Virus record (IMG/VR): IMGVR_UViG_3300042441_000082
Span: 1 to 26,124 of that record
DNA: 26,124 bases
Strand: one strand, 5' to 3'
Source: a virus
Lineage: Duplodnaviria > Caudoviricetes
The position numbers and the translations under genes are program-made. Under the pieces are notes generated by a model. It saw only the letters and a list, made by a program, of their open reading frames with translations, was not told the DNA's origin and did no database searches. Positions 15,556-23,045 of this stretch are shown in pieces; positions within the stretch are counted from its first letter, which is position 1; every line of letters begins with the position of its first letter.

Positions 15556-16161
15556 TCAAATATTCTCAGACAATTTCAGAATTCTTTTGATTCTGTCTAA
15601 CTGAGGTGTTTTTTCCTGCTCTTGTTTTTGCTTGTCTTTCCATTTCTGGAGAGAGTGCAAAACAAGCTCTGTCTTTGGTATTCCCGGATCATGAACAACG
15701 GAAACCTCAACTAGTCTGCCGGAAAGATGCTCTCTAATTGGGCCTTGAGCCTCATCTTTCCATCTGTATTTGTCAGGGAAGTAACCAAACGACATCCCCG
15801 GAATGTCTCCCCGCTGAATCAAGGTCTTAACATCTCTGCCAAGTTGCGTATCAGGCAAATCAAAAGAGAACTTTAAACCTTTCTCATCGGTTGAAAGTCT
15901 CAAAGTACCGTTGCCAGTTCGGGCAAGATACTTGTTTGTTTCATGATCGTAATAGGCTTTAACGTCAACACTGTCTGTGCTGTATAGCGAATCACCAAAA
16001 GCACCGGGCCTGAACACATCGCGATACCCGCCCCTGTCATGGGAAAGGGTGTTCCATTTCATCGCGTAACCAGAAACCTGATTTGTTGGGTTGCTTTCAG
16101 CATCAGTTAAAAGATCAAATTCAATCTGATCTGTATCAAAGAAAAAACGTTCAATATCCAT
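15556..16161 (-). CDS. HK97-type prohead protease (peptidase S78-like)
   Basis: GYAMKWN, FRPGAF, YDH...LART, DEKGLKF, GMSFG, LVEVSVV.DP. Confidence 0.92.
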   Translation of the reverse strand: MDIERFFFDTDQIEFDLLTDAESNPTNQVSGYAMKWNTLSHDRGGYRDVFRPGAFGDSLYSTDSVDVKAYYDHETNKYLARTGNGTLRLSTDEKGLKFSFDLPDTQLGRDVKTLIQRGDIPGMSFGYFPDKYRWKDEAQGPIREHLSGRLVEVSVVHDPGIPKTELVLHSLQKWKDKQKQEQEKTPQLDRIKRILKLSENI

Positions 16162-16165
16162 GCAG

Positions 16166-17848
16166 TTATATAGTGATCATGGATAGAATTTCGCGTGATC
16201 TTTTGACACACCATCTGTTGATTTCATCGGGCAACATTTCAACTGTGACTCTGCCCGATAAATCAAGCAGTTGCTCTTTGCTGTCTTTGCAAATCTGCTC
16301 TGCCAAGAATACAGCATTGTTTTCTGCATCAGCATCAGGATCAGTAAGAGCATAGAATGCTTTCAGGCTTGGCAACATAGCCTGCTTAATCATGCCCTCA
16401 TGTTTCTCATAAAACTCATCAATCAGATTGAGAAATTCTTTGGGCTTGTCAGCAGCCTTACAAACTGCTTTTTGTTCGCGTCTGCACATTCTCATGAGGT
16501 TGTCATTAACAGCATCTCTTGATGCTGACACTGCTGGTTGATTATCAGCAGGCAGATTATCAGATTGACCATCTGTTGATTGATCGGCAGGCTGATCAGT
16601 TGCCTGATTATCTGTTGGCTGATCTTGTGGCTGAATTGCAGGCTGTTTAGACTGCTCTGCTGCTCTGATCACAGCACCTAATGTTGTGAGGTTGGCAGGC
16701 ACAAAGTGTTGATCAGGGTCAACAATCGGGTTTCTGTTCTCAATCTCTCGCCATTCGTCCAAAGATAAAACCCCATGCATAAACTGAATCATTAAAGCAT
16801 CAGTTCTTTCTTTGGGGTTTCCTCTCAGTAATGAGTCAACTAAATGCTCTGCATAAAATGTTTTTCTTTCAGCAGGGCTAAACAATTTCATATTGGTCTG
16901 TTGCTCGATTCTCACACACCAAGGTCTGAGGGTGTGCATGATAAACTCTAACGATTGCTCAATTATGTTGCTGTATGTTGAGGCAGACATCTCATTGACT
17001 AAATGGTTGGGAACGCGAAACAGTCTTGTAATTTCTTGTAATTGAAATGTTCTCGTTGCTAAGAATTGTGCATCCTCTGGGGGAATACCTGTTTGCTCAA
17101 TGCTCATGCCCTCCTGTAACACCATCCATTTACCAAAGTTGCCGGGTCCGCCGTGCTCTGCCTCAATAGAGTTTTTCAGATTTTCAACAGCTTGAGGTGA
17201 GAGTGTGCCCGGATGAACCAACACACCACCGGGTTTACTGCCATTGTTGAAAAATGATGAACCAAACAACTCAGTTGACATACCAAGAGCAATTGCAGAC
17301 TTACCAAGCCTGATTGGTGAGTAACCCATTAAGCCATCAAAGCCCATTCCCGCCCAATGCAGCATGTTAGATGCTGGAATTGGCGTTATGTTGTTATCCA
17401 ACTTGTAGATGATCTTACCTGATTTGGATCTTTCAACTTTGATTTTATTTGGTGGCAAGAGATGCAGGGCTATCGGTTCGCCTGCTCTGTTGAATTCAAT
17501 TTCTGAATAACCGTTGCCCCATGTGAGAGTGTGCCCAAGCATCGCCTCCCGCCATTGCATCGCGGTAATTTCACCATTAGGTGTGATGTTGAGCAGATCA
17601 AAAACAGGGTGCTCTTTATCGCGGAGTCTTCCGCCGTTGTCCATTCGTCGATAAACGGGAAACGGGAAAGAGGCAATTTGTTCTGCAATGATTCTTACAC
17701 AAGCATAAACAACAGTCAGTTTCAGTGCTGTTTCTTCTGTTACTTTGATTTCAGCACCAGCAGCAGACCGCATTTCTGCCATCAGTTTATCTGTTACTGA
17801 ATACTTACTGAGTGCATTTTTCAGCCAATTTATAGGTTTGAATTTCAT
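16166..17848 (-). CDS. HK97-family portal protein with C-terminal extension
   Basis: VYACVRIIAEQIAS.P, WGNGY, GYSPI, FFNNGSKPGGVL, DAQFL.TR, IEQSLEF..TLRPW, E.REIEN; extra about 170 aa. Confidence 0.95.
   Translation of the reverse strand: MKFKPINWLKNALSKYSVTDKLMAEMRSAAGAEIKVTEETALKLTVVYACVRIIAEQIASFPFPVYRRMDNGGRLRDKEHPVFDLLNITPNGEITAMQWREAMLGHTLTWGNGYSEIEFNRAGEPIALHLLPPNKIKVERSKSGKIIYKLDNNITPIPASNMLHWAGMGFDGLMGYSPIRLGKSAIALGMSTELFGSSFFNNGSKPGGVLVHPGTLSPQAVENLKNSIEAEHGGPGNFGKWMVLQEGMSIEQTGIPPEDAQFLATRTFQLQEITRLFRVPNHLVNEMSASTYSNIIEQSLEFIMHTLRPWCVRIEQQTNMKLFSPAERKTFYAEHLVDSLLRGNPKERTDALMIQFMHGVLSLDEWREIENRNPIVDPDQHFVPANLTTLGAVIRAAEQSKQPAIQPQDQPTDNQATDQPADQSTDGQSDNLPADNQPAVSASRDAVNDNLMRMCRREQKAVCKAADKPKEFLNLIDEFYEKHEGMIKQAMLPSLKAFYALTDPDADAENNAVFLAEQICKDSKEQLLDLSGRVTVEMLPDEINRWCVKRSREILSMITI
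16167..16174 (-). promoter_or_regulatory. Late-promoter-like motif ACTATATA, 5 nt before ATG 16161
   Basis: cACTATATA-actgc-ATG; overlaps the portal stop codon. Confidence 0.7.
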
Positions 17849-17853
17849 AACAG

Positions 17854-17861
17854 TATGTATG
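17854..17861 (-). promoter_or_regulatory. Late-promoter-like motif CATACATA, 5 nt before portal ATG
   Basis: gctgCATACATA-ctgtt-ATG; no SD. Confidence 0.7.
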
Positions 17862-17877
17862 CAGCATTAAGCAAAGC

Positions 17878-19422
17878 TCACACATAGAATATTCCCTCTG
17901 TCTCATATACAGACGGTTGTTCCTCTGTATCAATCATTTCAATACCGATTGCATTGACCAATGCTGCTATTGGGTCAATCTTTTCTGTTGATTTCTTCTT
18001 TGAAATCTTGATGTTGCCTGCATCATCCGAAACAGTAACAACATTGCCTGCTGCCCATCGCAAAACCGGATTGCCGTTATGATGCAGTTTCTTATCAATC
18101 ACCAGTCTCTCAAGTTTAAATGTTGGTTCTGCCTGAGAAACAAAGCCCTGTCTAAACCATTGGACATTGAGCCCGTCTTGCTCTTGCAGCTCTTGTGCTA
18201 ACTGGTGGCACTGATACGGGTCTGTTGCAATGACTTTAATGTTATAGAGCTTTGCTAATTCGTTGATATCGCGTCTGATAAACTCAAAGTCTGTTGCCTC
18301 ACCGGGCGTTGATCTGAGAAAGCCTTGCCTTTCCCAAATGTTGTAAGGGAATTCTTTTGAGCGATCATCAATTTCTTTTTCATTACACCAGTTGTAAGAC
18401 AATACTTTGTATGAGCCATCGTCAAACCTAAAGAGTAGGCAAAAACTAGAGATGTCATGTACTGGGGCCAGATCCATTCCGGCTACACATTCACGCCCCA
18501 AGCATTCATCAACATCAAACGGAACATTTGAAGCATCCCAAGCATCCTTTGATAGCCATTGAGTTGATTGATTAGACCATTGGTTGAGGTGTTGTTGTCT
18601 CCAGAATGATTCCCTGCTTGGGATTTCCTGAGCCAACTTGAAACTCTTTCTCATTGCCTTAATGTTTTTAAAGCCAGCTTGTAAAGCCGGATTACAGGCA
18701 ATCCAAGTCTTTTCATCTGTCCAATCTGAATCTGGGGCCGCCTCATAAATTACAGGCAGAAAATGCGGGTTTTCAATTTCACCTGATGCAATCTTTTTTG
18801 CTAACTGATACTCTTGGTAACAGGGTCTTTCTTGGCTATAGATACCTGCTGTAGAAATACCAATCCAAATTGGATTTTTACGTTTGGCAAATTTCGCCTC
18901 AAGCATCGAAATTAGGGCATGGTTCTTTTGCGTGTGGTACTCGTCCATGAGAACCACTGAGGGCGTTAAACCATCCTCATTTTCTGGGCTTGCACAGATT
19001 GACGTGTAATAAGAAAACTTTTCAATGATCGAGATTCTATCTTTAAGAATCTTGCAACGCTCCCTTAACAGAGAGTTCATCTTTACCATCTGTTTAGCCG
19101 CCTCAAGAATCAAACTGGCCTGCCGTTGGTTGGAAGCACAGGAAATGATTTCTTGACCGGGGGGAAACGTGAAAAGACAGTATAAAGCGATAGCTGCCAG
19201 CAATTCAGTTTTGCCTGAGCCTGTGGGCAGGAAGAGAAAAGCCCGTTCAAATTGTCTGTTGCCGTCTTTATCGAGTGTGCCGAAAAGCTGCCTAACAAAA
19301 TCCTCTTGAAACTGGGCCAGCTTAAAGGGCTTGCCTGAGAAATCTTTTGTGTGTTTCAGGCACTGAATGAATTTAACAGCATGATCAGCTTGCTTGTTGC
19401 GTGGTACTTTGTATTTCTTCAT
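17878..19422 (-). CDS. terL: Terminase large subunit
   Basis: GKPFKLAQFQ, Walker A PTGSGKT, Walker B VVLMDEYH, ISTAG, nuclease GMDLA...KIDPIAA. Confidence 0.95.
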   Translation of the reverse strand: MKKYKVPRNKQADHAVKFIQCLKHTKDFSGKPFKLAQFQEDFVRQLFGTLDKDGNRQFERAFLFLPTGSGKTELLAAIALYCLFTFPPGQEIISCASNQRQASLILEAAKQMVKMNSLLRERCKILKDRISIIEKFSYYTSICASPENEDGLTPSVVLMDEYHTQKNHALISMLEAKFAKRKNPIWIGISTAGIYSQERPCYQEYQLAKKIASGEIENPHFLPVIYEAAPDSDWTDEKTWIACNPALQAGFKNIKAMRKSFKLAQEIPSRESFWRQQHLNQWSNQSTQWLSKDAWDASNVPFDVDECLGRECVAGMDLAPVHDISSFCLLFRFDDGSYKVLSYNWCNEKEIDDRSKEFPYNIWERQGFLRSTPGEATDFEFIRRDINELAKLYNIKVIATDPYQCHQLAQELQEQDGLNVQWFRQGFVSQAEPTFKLERLVIDKKLHHNGNPVLRWAAGNVVTVSDDAGNIKISKKKSTEKIDPIAALVNAIGIEMIDTEEQPSVYETEGIFYV

Positions 19423-19427
19423 ACAGA

Positions 19428-19435
19428 TATGTATG
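19428..19435 (-). promoter_or_regulatory. Late-promoter-like motif CATACATA, 5 nt before terL ATG
   Basis: CATACATA-tctgt-ATG; no SD. Confidence 0.7.
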
Positions 19436-19445
19436 AATCATGCTT

Positions 19446-19910
19446 TTATAAAAGCTCACCAATACCTGAGTCATCATCACTATCTTTGTCTTTGTCTGTT
19501 CTGACTCTTGCCCGTGCAACAGGTGTAAGCCCAAATTCTGAATAGAATTTATTCATGAGCTGTTGCATTGAATTCATCTCAGATGCCCAAGGGTTGATAC
19601 ACATGTAATTGTTTTTGCCCTGCACAATTACTGCACCCTGTTCAGCAACAAACTCTTGTGCGATACGGTAACGCGAATAAGAGTTGCAGTGTGATTCGAT
19701 AGCACCTCTGTCAGAGCTGGAGAGAATTTTCATTGTCTGTAACTGCTCACAGATGAAAGACCATTCCTGTTTGGCATACTCATCAAAGTATGCAGGCATT
19801 GCGGGCCAGCCTTCCGGGGCTTTCAGGTCTTTCTGTTTCTTGCGTCTGTTGTTACTGCACCCTTTCAGATTGTTTATTGCTTCGGGGGCTGGTGGTCTAC
19901 CTTTTGCCAA
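19446..19910 (-). CDS. terS: Terminase small subunit (P27 family-like)
   Basis: GRPPAP...LKG...P.YFDEYAKQEW...NPW...FGLTPVARAR; AGGAGG SD plus TTG. Confidence 0.92.
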   Translation of the reverse strand: MAKGRPPAPEAINNLKGCSNNRRKKQKDLKAPEGWPAMPAYFDEYAKQEWSFICEQLQTMKILSSSDRGAIESHCNSYSRYRIAQEFVAEQGAVIVQGKNNYMCINPWASEMNSMQQLMNKFYSEFGLTPVARARVRTDKDKDSDDDSGIGELL

Positions 19911-20044
19911 GCGTCCTCCTGTAATAGTTCTTTGATTTCAACACTTGTTTCAAGTGTTCCGACAACATTAGACTCATCATCCAAAAACAGATAATGTTTG
20001 TTTGAATGAGTCAGGTCTGTTACATCTATGATTTTATATTTCAA
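19874..20044 (-). CDS. Hypothetical 56-aa protein (below ORF-track cutoff)
   Basis: TTG overlapping the upstream TGA, GGGGG SD; MKYKIIDVTDLTHSNKHYLFLDDESNVVGTLE...; fills the gap before terS. Confidence 0.5.
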   Translation of the reverse strand: MKYKIIDVTDLTHSNKHYLFLDDESNVVGTLETSVEIKELLQEDAWQKVDHQPPKQ

Positions 20045-20280
20045 TCCGCCCCCTGTGGTTGTTCGTCATCGCCAACAACTAAAACATCGTCATCAAAGTC
20101 ATCGTCATCATCAGCAAGCCATTCTGCATATTCTGAAAGTGTCATGTGTTTGAATAACTTGAATGAATACAATAGTTCGCCATTCTGTTCTTGGACATCA
20201 TACACATATCCAATACAACCAGAGATGTTGCATTGCTCATGCTTTCTTTGTTCGCGTTGTTGTAACCAATGGTTTTTCAC
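20041..20280 (-). CDS. Hypothetical 79-aa protein with acidic tail
   Basis: GTGA start/stop overlap, GGAGG SD; MKNHWLQQ start; Asp-rich C-terminus. Confidence 0.6.
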   Translation of the reverse strand: MKNHWLQQREQRKHEQCNISGCIGYVYDVQEQNGELLYSFKLFKHMTLSEYAEWLADDDDDFDDDVLVVGDDEQPQGAD

Positions 20281-20459
20281 TCTGCCTCCTGATCATCATT
20301 GAGCCAATCTAAAAATGCCTCTGCTGTTTCATGGTTAATCTTTGTAATGCCATTCAACCGCATTTTCAAAACGAATGAACGCCAGAGATAAGAATTGTAT
20401 AACTGTTTGAAATCACAAGTCTGTTTTTGCTTGTGTTGATTCAGCCAATGGTTTTTCAA
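20277..20459 (-). CDS. Hypothetical 60-aa protein
   Basis: TTGA overlap, AGGAGG SD; MKNHWLNQ start. Confidence 0.6.
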   Translation of the reverse strand: MKNHWLNQHKQKQTCDFKQLYNSYLWRSFVLKMRLNGITKINHETAEAFLDWLNDDQEAE

Positions 20460-20827
20460 TCGTCCTCCTTCAATTCGAGACAGACAACCTTTGACATCTC
20501 CTCATCAGAGGGCATTGTCACACCTGATATAAATAGAACCTTTGTTTCATCCTGTTCCAAATCACTCCAATCACAATAAGGCAATTCTTTCTCTGCCAAC
20601 TTGTAAAGGAATGCCCAAAACTCTATTGGCTCATCCTCATTACAGAAGTGAAGATAACCAGACGAATCAGAGCAGCCATCAAATTTGATAGCAACTTGGA
20701 AATCAGGTTCTGCGTCAATTAGATTCATGTTCAATACAGAAAACTCAATTCTGCATTCAAACACTGAATACTCAATACACCATTTCTGAAACTCAACTGT
20801 TTCTTTCTTAATTACTGTTTCATTCAT
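20456..20827 (-). CDS. Hypothetical acidic 123-aa protein
   Basis: AAGGA SD plus ATG; translationally coupled to next ORF. Confidence 0.65.
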   Translation of the reverse strand: MNETVIKKETVEFQKWCIEYSVFECRIEFSVLNMNLIDAEPDFQVAIKFDGCSDSSGYLHFCNEDEPIEFWAFLYKLAEKELPYCDWSDLEQDETKVLFISGVTMPSDEEMSKVVCLELKEDD

Positions 20828-20842
20828 CTGTTTTATTTCCTT

Positions 20843-20872
20843 AAAAAAAACAGGGGGAATGTTTAACCCCCT
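20843..20872 (-). terminator. Terminator-like hairpin with U8
   Basis: AGGGGG-(9 nt)-CCCCCT-g-TTTTTTTT directly before the SD of the 123-aa gene. Confidence 0.5.
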
Positions 20873-20879
20873 ATACCTC

Positions 20880-20887
20880 TATTTATG
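20880..20887 (-). promoter_or_regulatory. Late-promoter-like motif gtgCATAAATA
   Basis: Intergenic, at the edge of the putative cos region. Confidence 0.55.
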
Positions 20888-20962
20888 CACGAAAAAACTG
20901 CACATGCGGGCTCGTTTCAGCATATGCACCCTAATTCATGATTTTAGGGGATATCCCCCCTG
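20885..20962 (-). other. Putative cos/packaging region
   Basis: Non-coding gap between HNH and terS; G6 run, palindromes GGGGATATCCCC (20947-20958) and GCATATGC, then CCCGC...TTTTTTCG, resembling the layout of HK97-type cos regions. Confidence 0.45.
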
Positions 20963-20966
20963 AGCC

Positions 20967-21173
20967 TCAAAAGCCCTGCTGTTTCCAGTTCACAGGCTTT
21001 GTTGTTTCGTCTGACCAGTCAGGCACATTGAACTCAATAAAACCATTCTGAACACGACTATCAAAATCAGGATCAATAACAGCAGGAGTGTCTGAGTGCT
21101 CTGGTGTCTCATTTCTTTGAACAAACTCTTTCTGCACCTTTCTTAAAAGTTTAAGAATATCTCTGTCTGTCAT
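20967..21173 (-). CDS. Hypothetical 68-aa protein
   Basis: AGGAGG SD plus ATG. Confidence 0.6.
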   Translation of the reverse strand: MTDRDILKLLRKVQKEFVQRNETPEHSDTPAVIDPDFDSRVQNGFIEFNVPDWSDETTKPVNWKQQGF

Positions 21174-21318
21174 TCGTCCTCCTGTTTTGCTCCTGTCTCA
21201 ATGCTATCTGCATCAAGTGTGCCTGCTCTTGTCTGTGGTACTCATCAAAGTAACCAAGACAACAATGCTTGTATTTCTTTCCAGATGCACACAAGCACTT
21301 ATCATTTCGCTTTATCAA
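21151..21318 (-). CDS. SEC-C (SecA zinc-binding motif) micro-protein, 55 aa, absent from the ORF track
   Basis: AGGAG SD plus TTG; MIKRNDKCLCASGKKYKHCCLG matches RNxxCxCxSGKKYKxCC. Confidence 0.8.
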   Translation of the reverse strand: MIKRNDKCLCASGKKYKHCCLGYFDEYHRQEQAHLMQIALRQEQNRRTNDRQRYS

Positions 21319-21330
21319 TTAGACTCCTGT

Positions 21331-21753
21331 TTAGTTCTCACTGCTCAAACTGAATTTAGGTTGAATGTTTAGAATGTCCCCGTCTGCTAATACGCGAGCT
21401 GTACCAAATCTTTCAGCCCATAGAATAGTTGGGGTCACGTCTGTGGTCTCAACCCAGTAACCATAGACTGTGTTACCAGAGGCTCCACAGGTCCAAGACT
21501 GAGGCGATGCACCATAAGACGATTCAGCTTTTCCTGAACCATTAGTTACAGCAGCATTCCAACTAGAGCGGGTCAAAGTAACCTCTGCATAGTTGGTAAA
21601 TGTTGCCTCAGTGAAATCACCATCAGTTGAAGCAGCAACAGGTGTGTAATCATTGGTGTATAATCTCAGCACACAACCGGCAGTTACTGAGGTATCTTTA
21701 AGCATATAATCGAGGGCAACAAGTTCTCCCTCATTTGGAACAACAATCGGCAT
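21331..21753 (-). CDS. Small beta-rich virion-type protein (140 aa)
   Basis: VPNEGE..ALD..L...LRLYTND..P...TEATF.NYA...VYGYW...LWAERF...GD.L.I; family often found beside long fibre genes. Confidence 0.65.
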   Translation of the reverse strand: MPIVVPNEGELVALDYMLKDTSVTAGCVLRLYTNDYTPVAASTDGDFTEATFTNYAEVTLTRSSWNAAVTNGSGKAESSYGASPQSWTCGASGNTVYGYWVETTDVTPTILWAERFGTARVLADGDILNIQPKFSLSSEN

Positions 21754-21791
21754 ATCTTTTTAATTCCTTTGTTTAAGGTTAAACATTTGAT

Positions 21792-22070
21792 TTATATAGT
21801 GAGCTTGGCAACAACATTGATGTTGTCAGGCAAACTCTTTTCAACAATATCTCTGAATTGATCAGCAGTAACAGTTTGCCATTCAAACAGACTCAATTGA
21901 TTAAGTTGTATTGAAACCTGAATAATGCTCGGGCTTCCTTTATGTTCATTCACAACCTGTAAAGGGAAAGAGAATGTTTCTTTGTCTTTTGCTGATTGCT
22001 GGGCAATCTTTAAAAACATTGTTGATTGCTGATCTGTCATCAGCACATTGGTTTTCTTTTTCCTGCTCAA
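21792..22070 (-). CDS. Hypothetical 92-aa protein
   Basis: AGGAGG SD, TTGA overlap with the HNH stop. Confidence 0.6.
   Translation of the reverse strand: MSRKKKTNVLMTDQQSTMFLKIAQQSAKDKETFSFPLQVVNEHKGSPSIIQVSIQLNQLSLFEWQTVTADQFRDIVEKSLPDNINVVAKLTI
21793..21800 (-). promoter_or_regulatory. Late-promoter-like motif cACTATATA upstream of the 140-aa gene
   Basis: About 40 nt before ATG 21753 with AAGGA SD; overlaps upstream stop as at 16167. Confidence 0.55.
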
Positions 22071-22363
22071 TTATCCTCCTGTTTCTTATGAATGGTGTTA
22101 TGACAGGCAACGCAACAGGAAAGCAGATTTTCAGGGTCTAATGCTTTTGTTGGATCGTCTTTTACTTCAATGATGTGATGGACGATTACAGCAGGGGTCA
22201 CTATCGGTCTGCACATTTCACAACAGGGATTTTCTCTCAGATGTTGTGCTCTAAGTGTTCGCCATTCCTTAGACTGGTAAAATGATCTATCAACAGATCT
22301 TTGAATTTCATGAGCAGACTTGATTGAGGTCTTATTGCTGGCTGTCTTTATTTTGCTTGGCAT
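22067..22363 (-). CDS. HNH endonuclease (HK97 gp74-like terminase cofactor)
   Basis: FYQSKEWRTLR...NPCCEMC...VHHI...NLLSCCVACHNTIH. Confidence 0.93.
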   Translation of the reverse strand: MPSKIKTASNKTSIKSAHEIQRSVDRSFYQSKEWRTLRAQHLRENPCCEMCRPIVTPAVIVHHIIEVKDDPTKALDPENLLSCCVACHNTIHKKQEDN

Positions 22364-22375
22364 ATCTTATAAGAG

Positions 22376-22795
22376 TTAATCTAATTCAAATTTAAGATCT
22401 GATATGTTGATTTCAAAAGTGTCATTGGTGTAAACATCACGATTAATGGTGAGCGGGCCATACATGAGCAAATTGCCCTCACCATAGGTTGAGCTGTCTG
22501 TAATGAAGACATATTTGACAGTGCCCCAGTTGGCAGAAGCTGTTCCGAAGCTCAATTTGCCTTGATTGTTGGTGATGCCATAATTGGAGGCAGACCAATC
22601 AGCATCAGCAGGGCCTAATACCTGTCTGGAGTAACCAACACCGTCAGCAACTTCTGTTGCAACTGCTCCTGTATCTGATGCAGTAACTGTGTCTGTTGAA
22701 AGACAGATTGCCAGTTCTGAGGGTTTGTTAAATGTTCCATCTCGAAAGAGATAGTTATTGATGATGTCTCTAAGGTAATCAGATAATGCTGCCAT
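22376..22795 (-). CDS. Small virion-type protein (139 aa), often annotated as phage fibre-associated
   Basis: Start moved to ATG 22795 (MAALSDYL); TEV...GYSRQ...N...SFGTASANWGTV....I.D...GNLL.YG.L...DTF. Confidence 0.75.
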   Translation of the reverse strand: MAALSDYLRDIINNYLFRDGTFNKPSELAICLSTDTVTASDTGAVATEVADGVGYSRQVLGPADADWSASNYGITNNQGKLSFGTASANWGTVKYVFITDSSTYGEGNLLMYGPLTINRDVYTNDTFEINISDLKFELD

Positions 22796-22800
22796 ACATT

Positions 22801-22808
22801 TATTTATG
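22801..22808 (-). promoter_or_regulatory. Late-promoter-like motif CATAAATA, 5 nt before ATG 22795
   Basis: gctgCATAAATA-aatgt-ATG directly after a terminator. Confidence 0.7.
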
Positions 22809-22819
22809 CAGCAGGCGTA

Positions 22820-22856
22820 AAAAAAGCCCTCTTTCACGTCGAGGTGTGAAAGAGGG
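22820..22856 (-). repeat. 37-bp direct repeat copy 1; terminator hairpin on - strand
   Basis: AAAAAAGCCCTCTTTCACGTCGAGGTGTGAAAGAGGG; 13-bp stem AGCCCTCTTTCAC/GTGAAAGAGGGCT plus U-tract. Confidence 0.9.
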
Positions 22857-22969
22857 CTCAACAGAAAACAAAATGAGTGTGTTTAAACACAACACATTGT
22901 ATGTAGGGATGAGGGGCAAAAAAAATGAGCTAGATCAGAGCAAAGAATGATTGTGGTTTAGAAAAAGTG

Positions 22970-22986
22970 AGCCCATAATATGGGCT
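22970..22986. promoter_or_regulatory. Operator-like inverted repeat AGCCCATA-A-TATGGGCT
   Basis: Perfect 8-bp arms with 1-nt centre, about 60 nt upstream of the + strand gene. Confidence 0.45.
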
Positions 22987-23045
22987 TGAAAACAATCTGT
23001 GTTGGCTGATCACAACATTATTATCATTTGAAAGAGCGAGATAAA

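Noticed and set aside
22364-22375. Motif copy before the HNH ATG (CTCTTATA-agat-ATG)
   Set aside because: Right spacing and no SD but it breaks the TAnATA core; not counted
22796-22861. ORF-track N-terminal extension of the 161-aa ORF
   Set aside because: It runs through a terminator and promoter motif; family-like sequence begins at MAALSDYL (22795)
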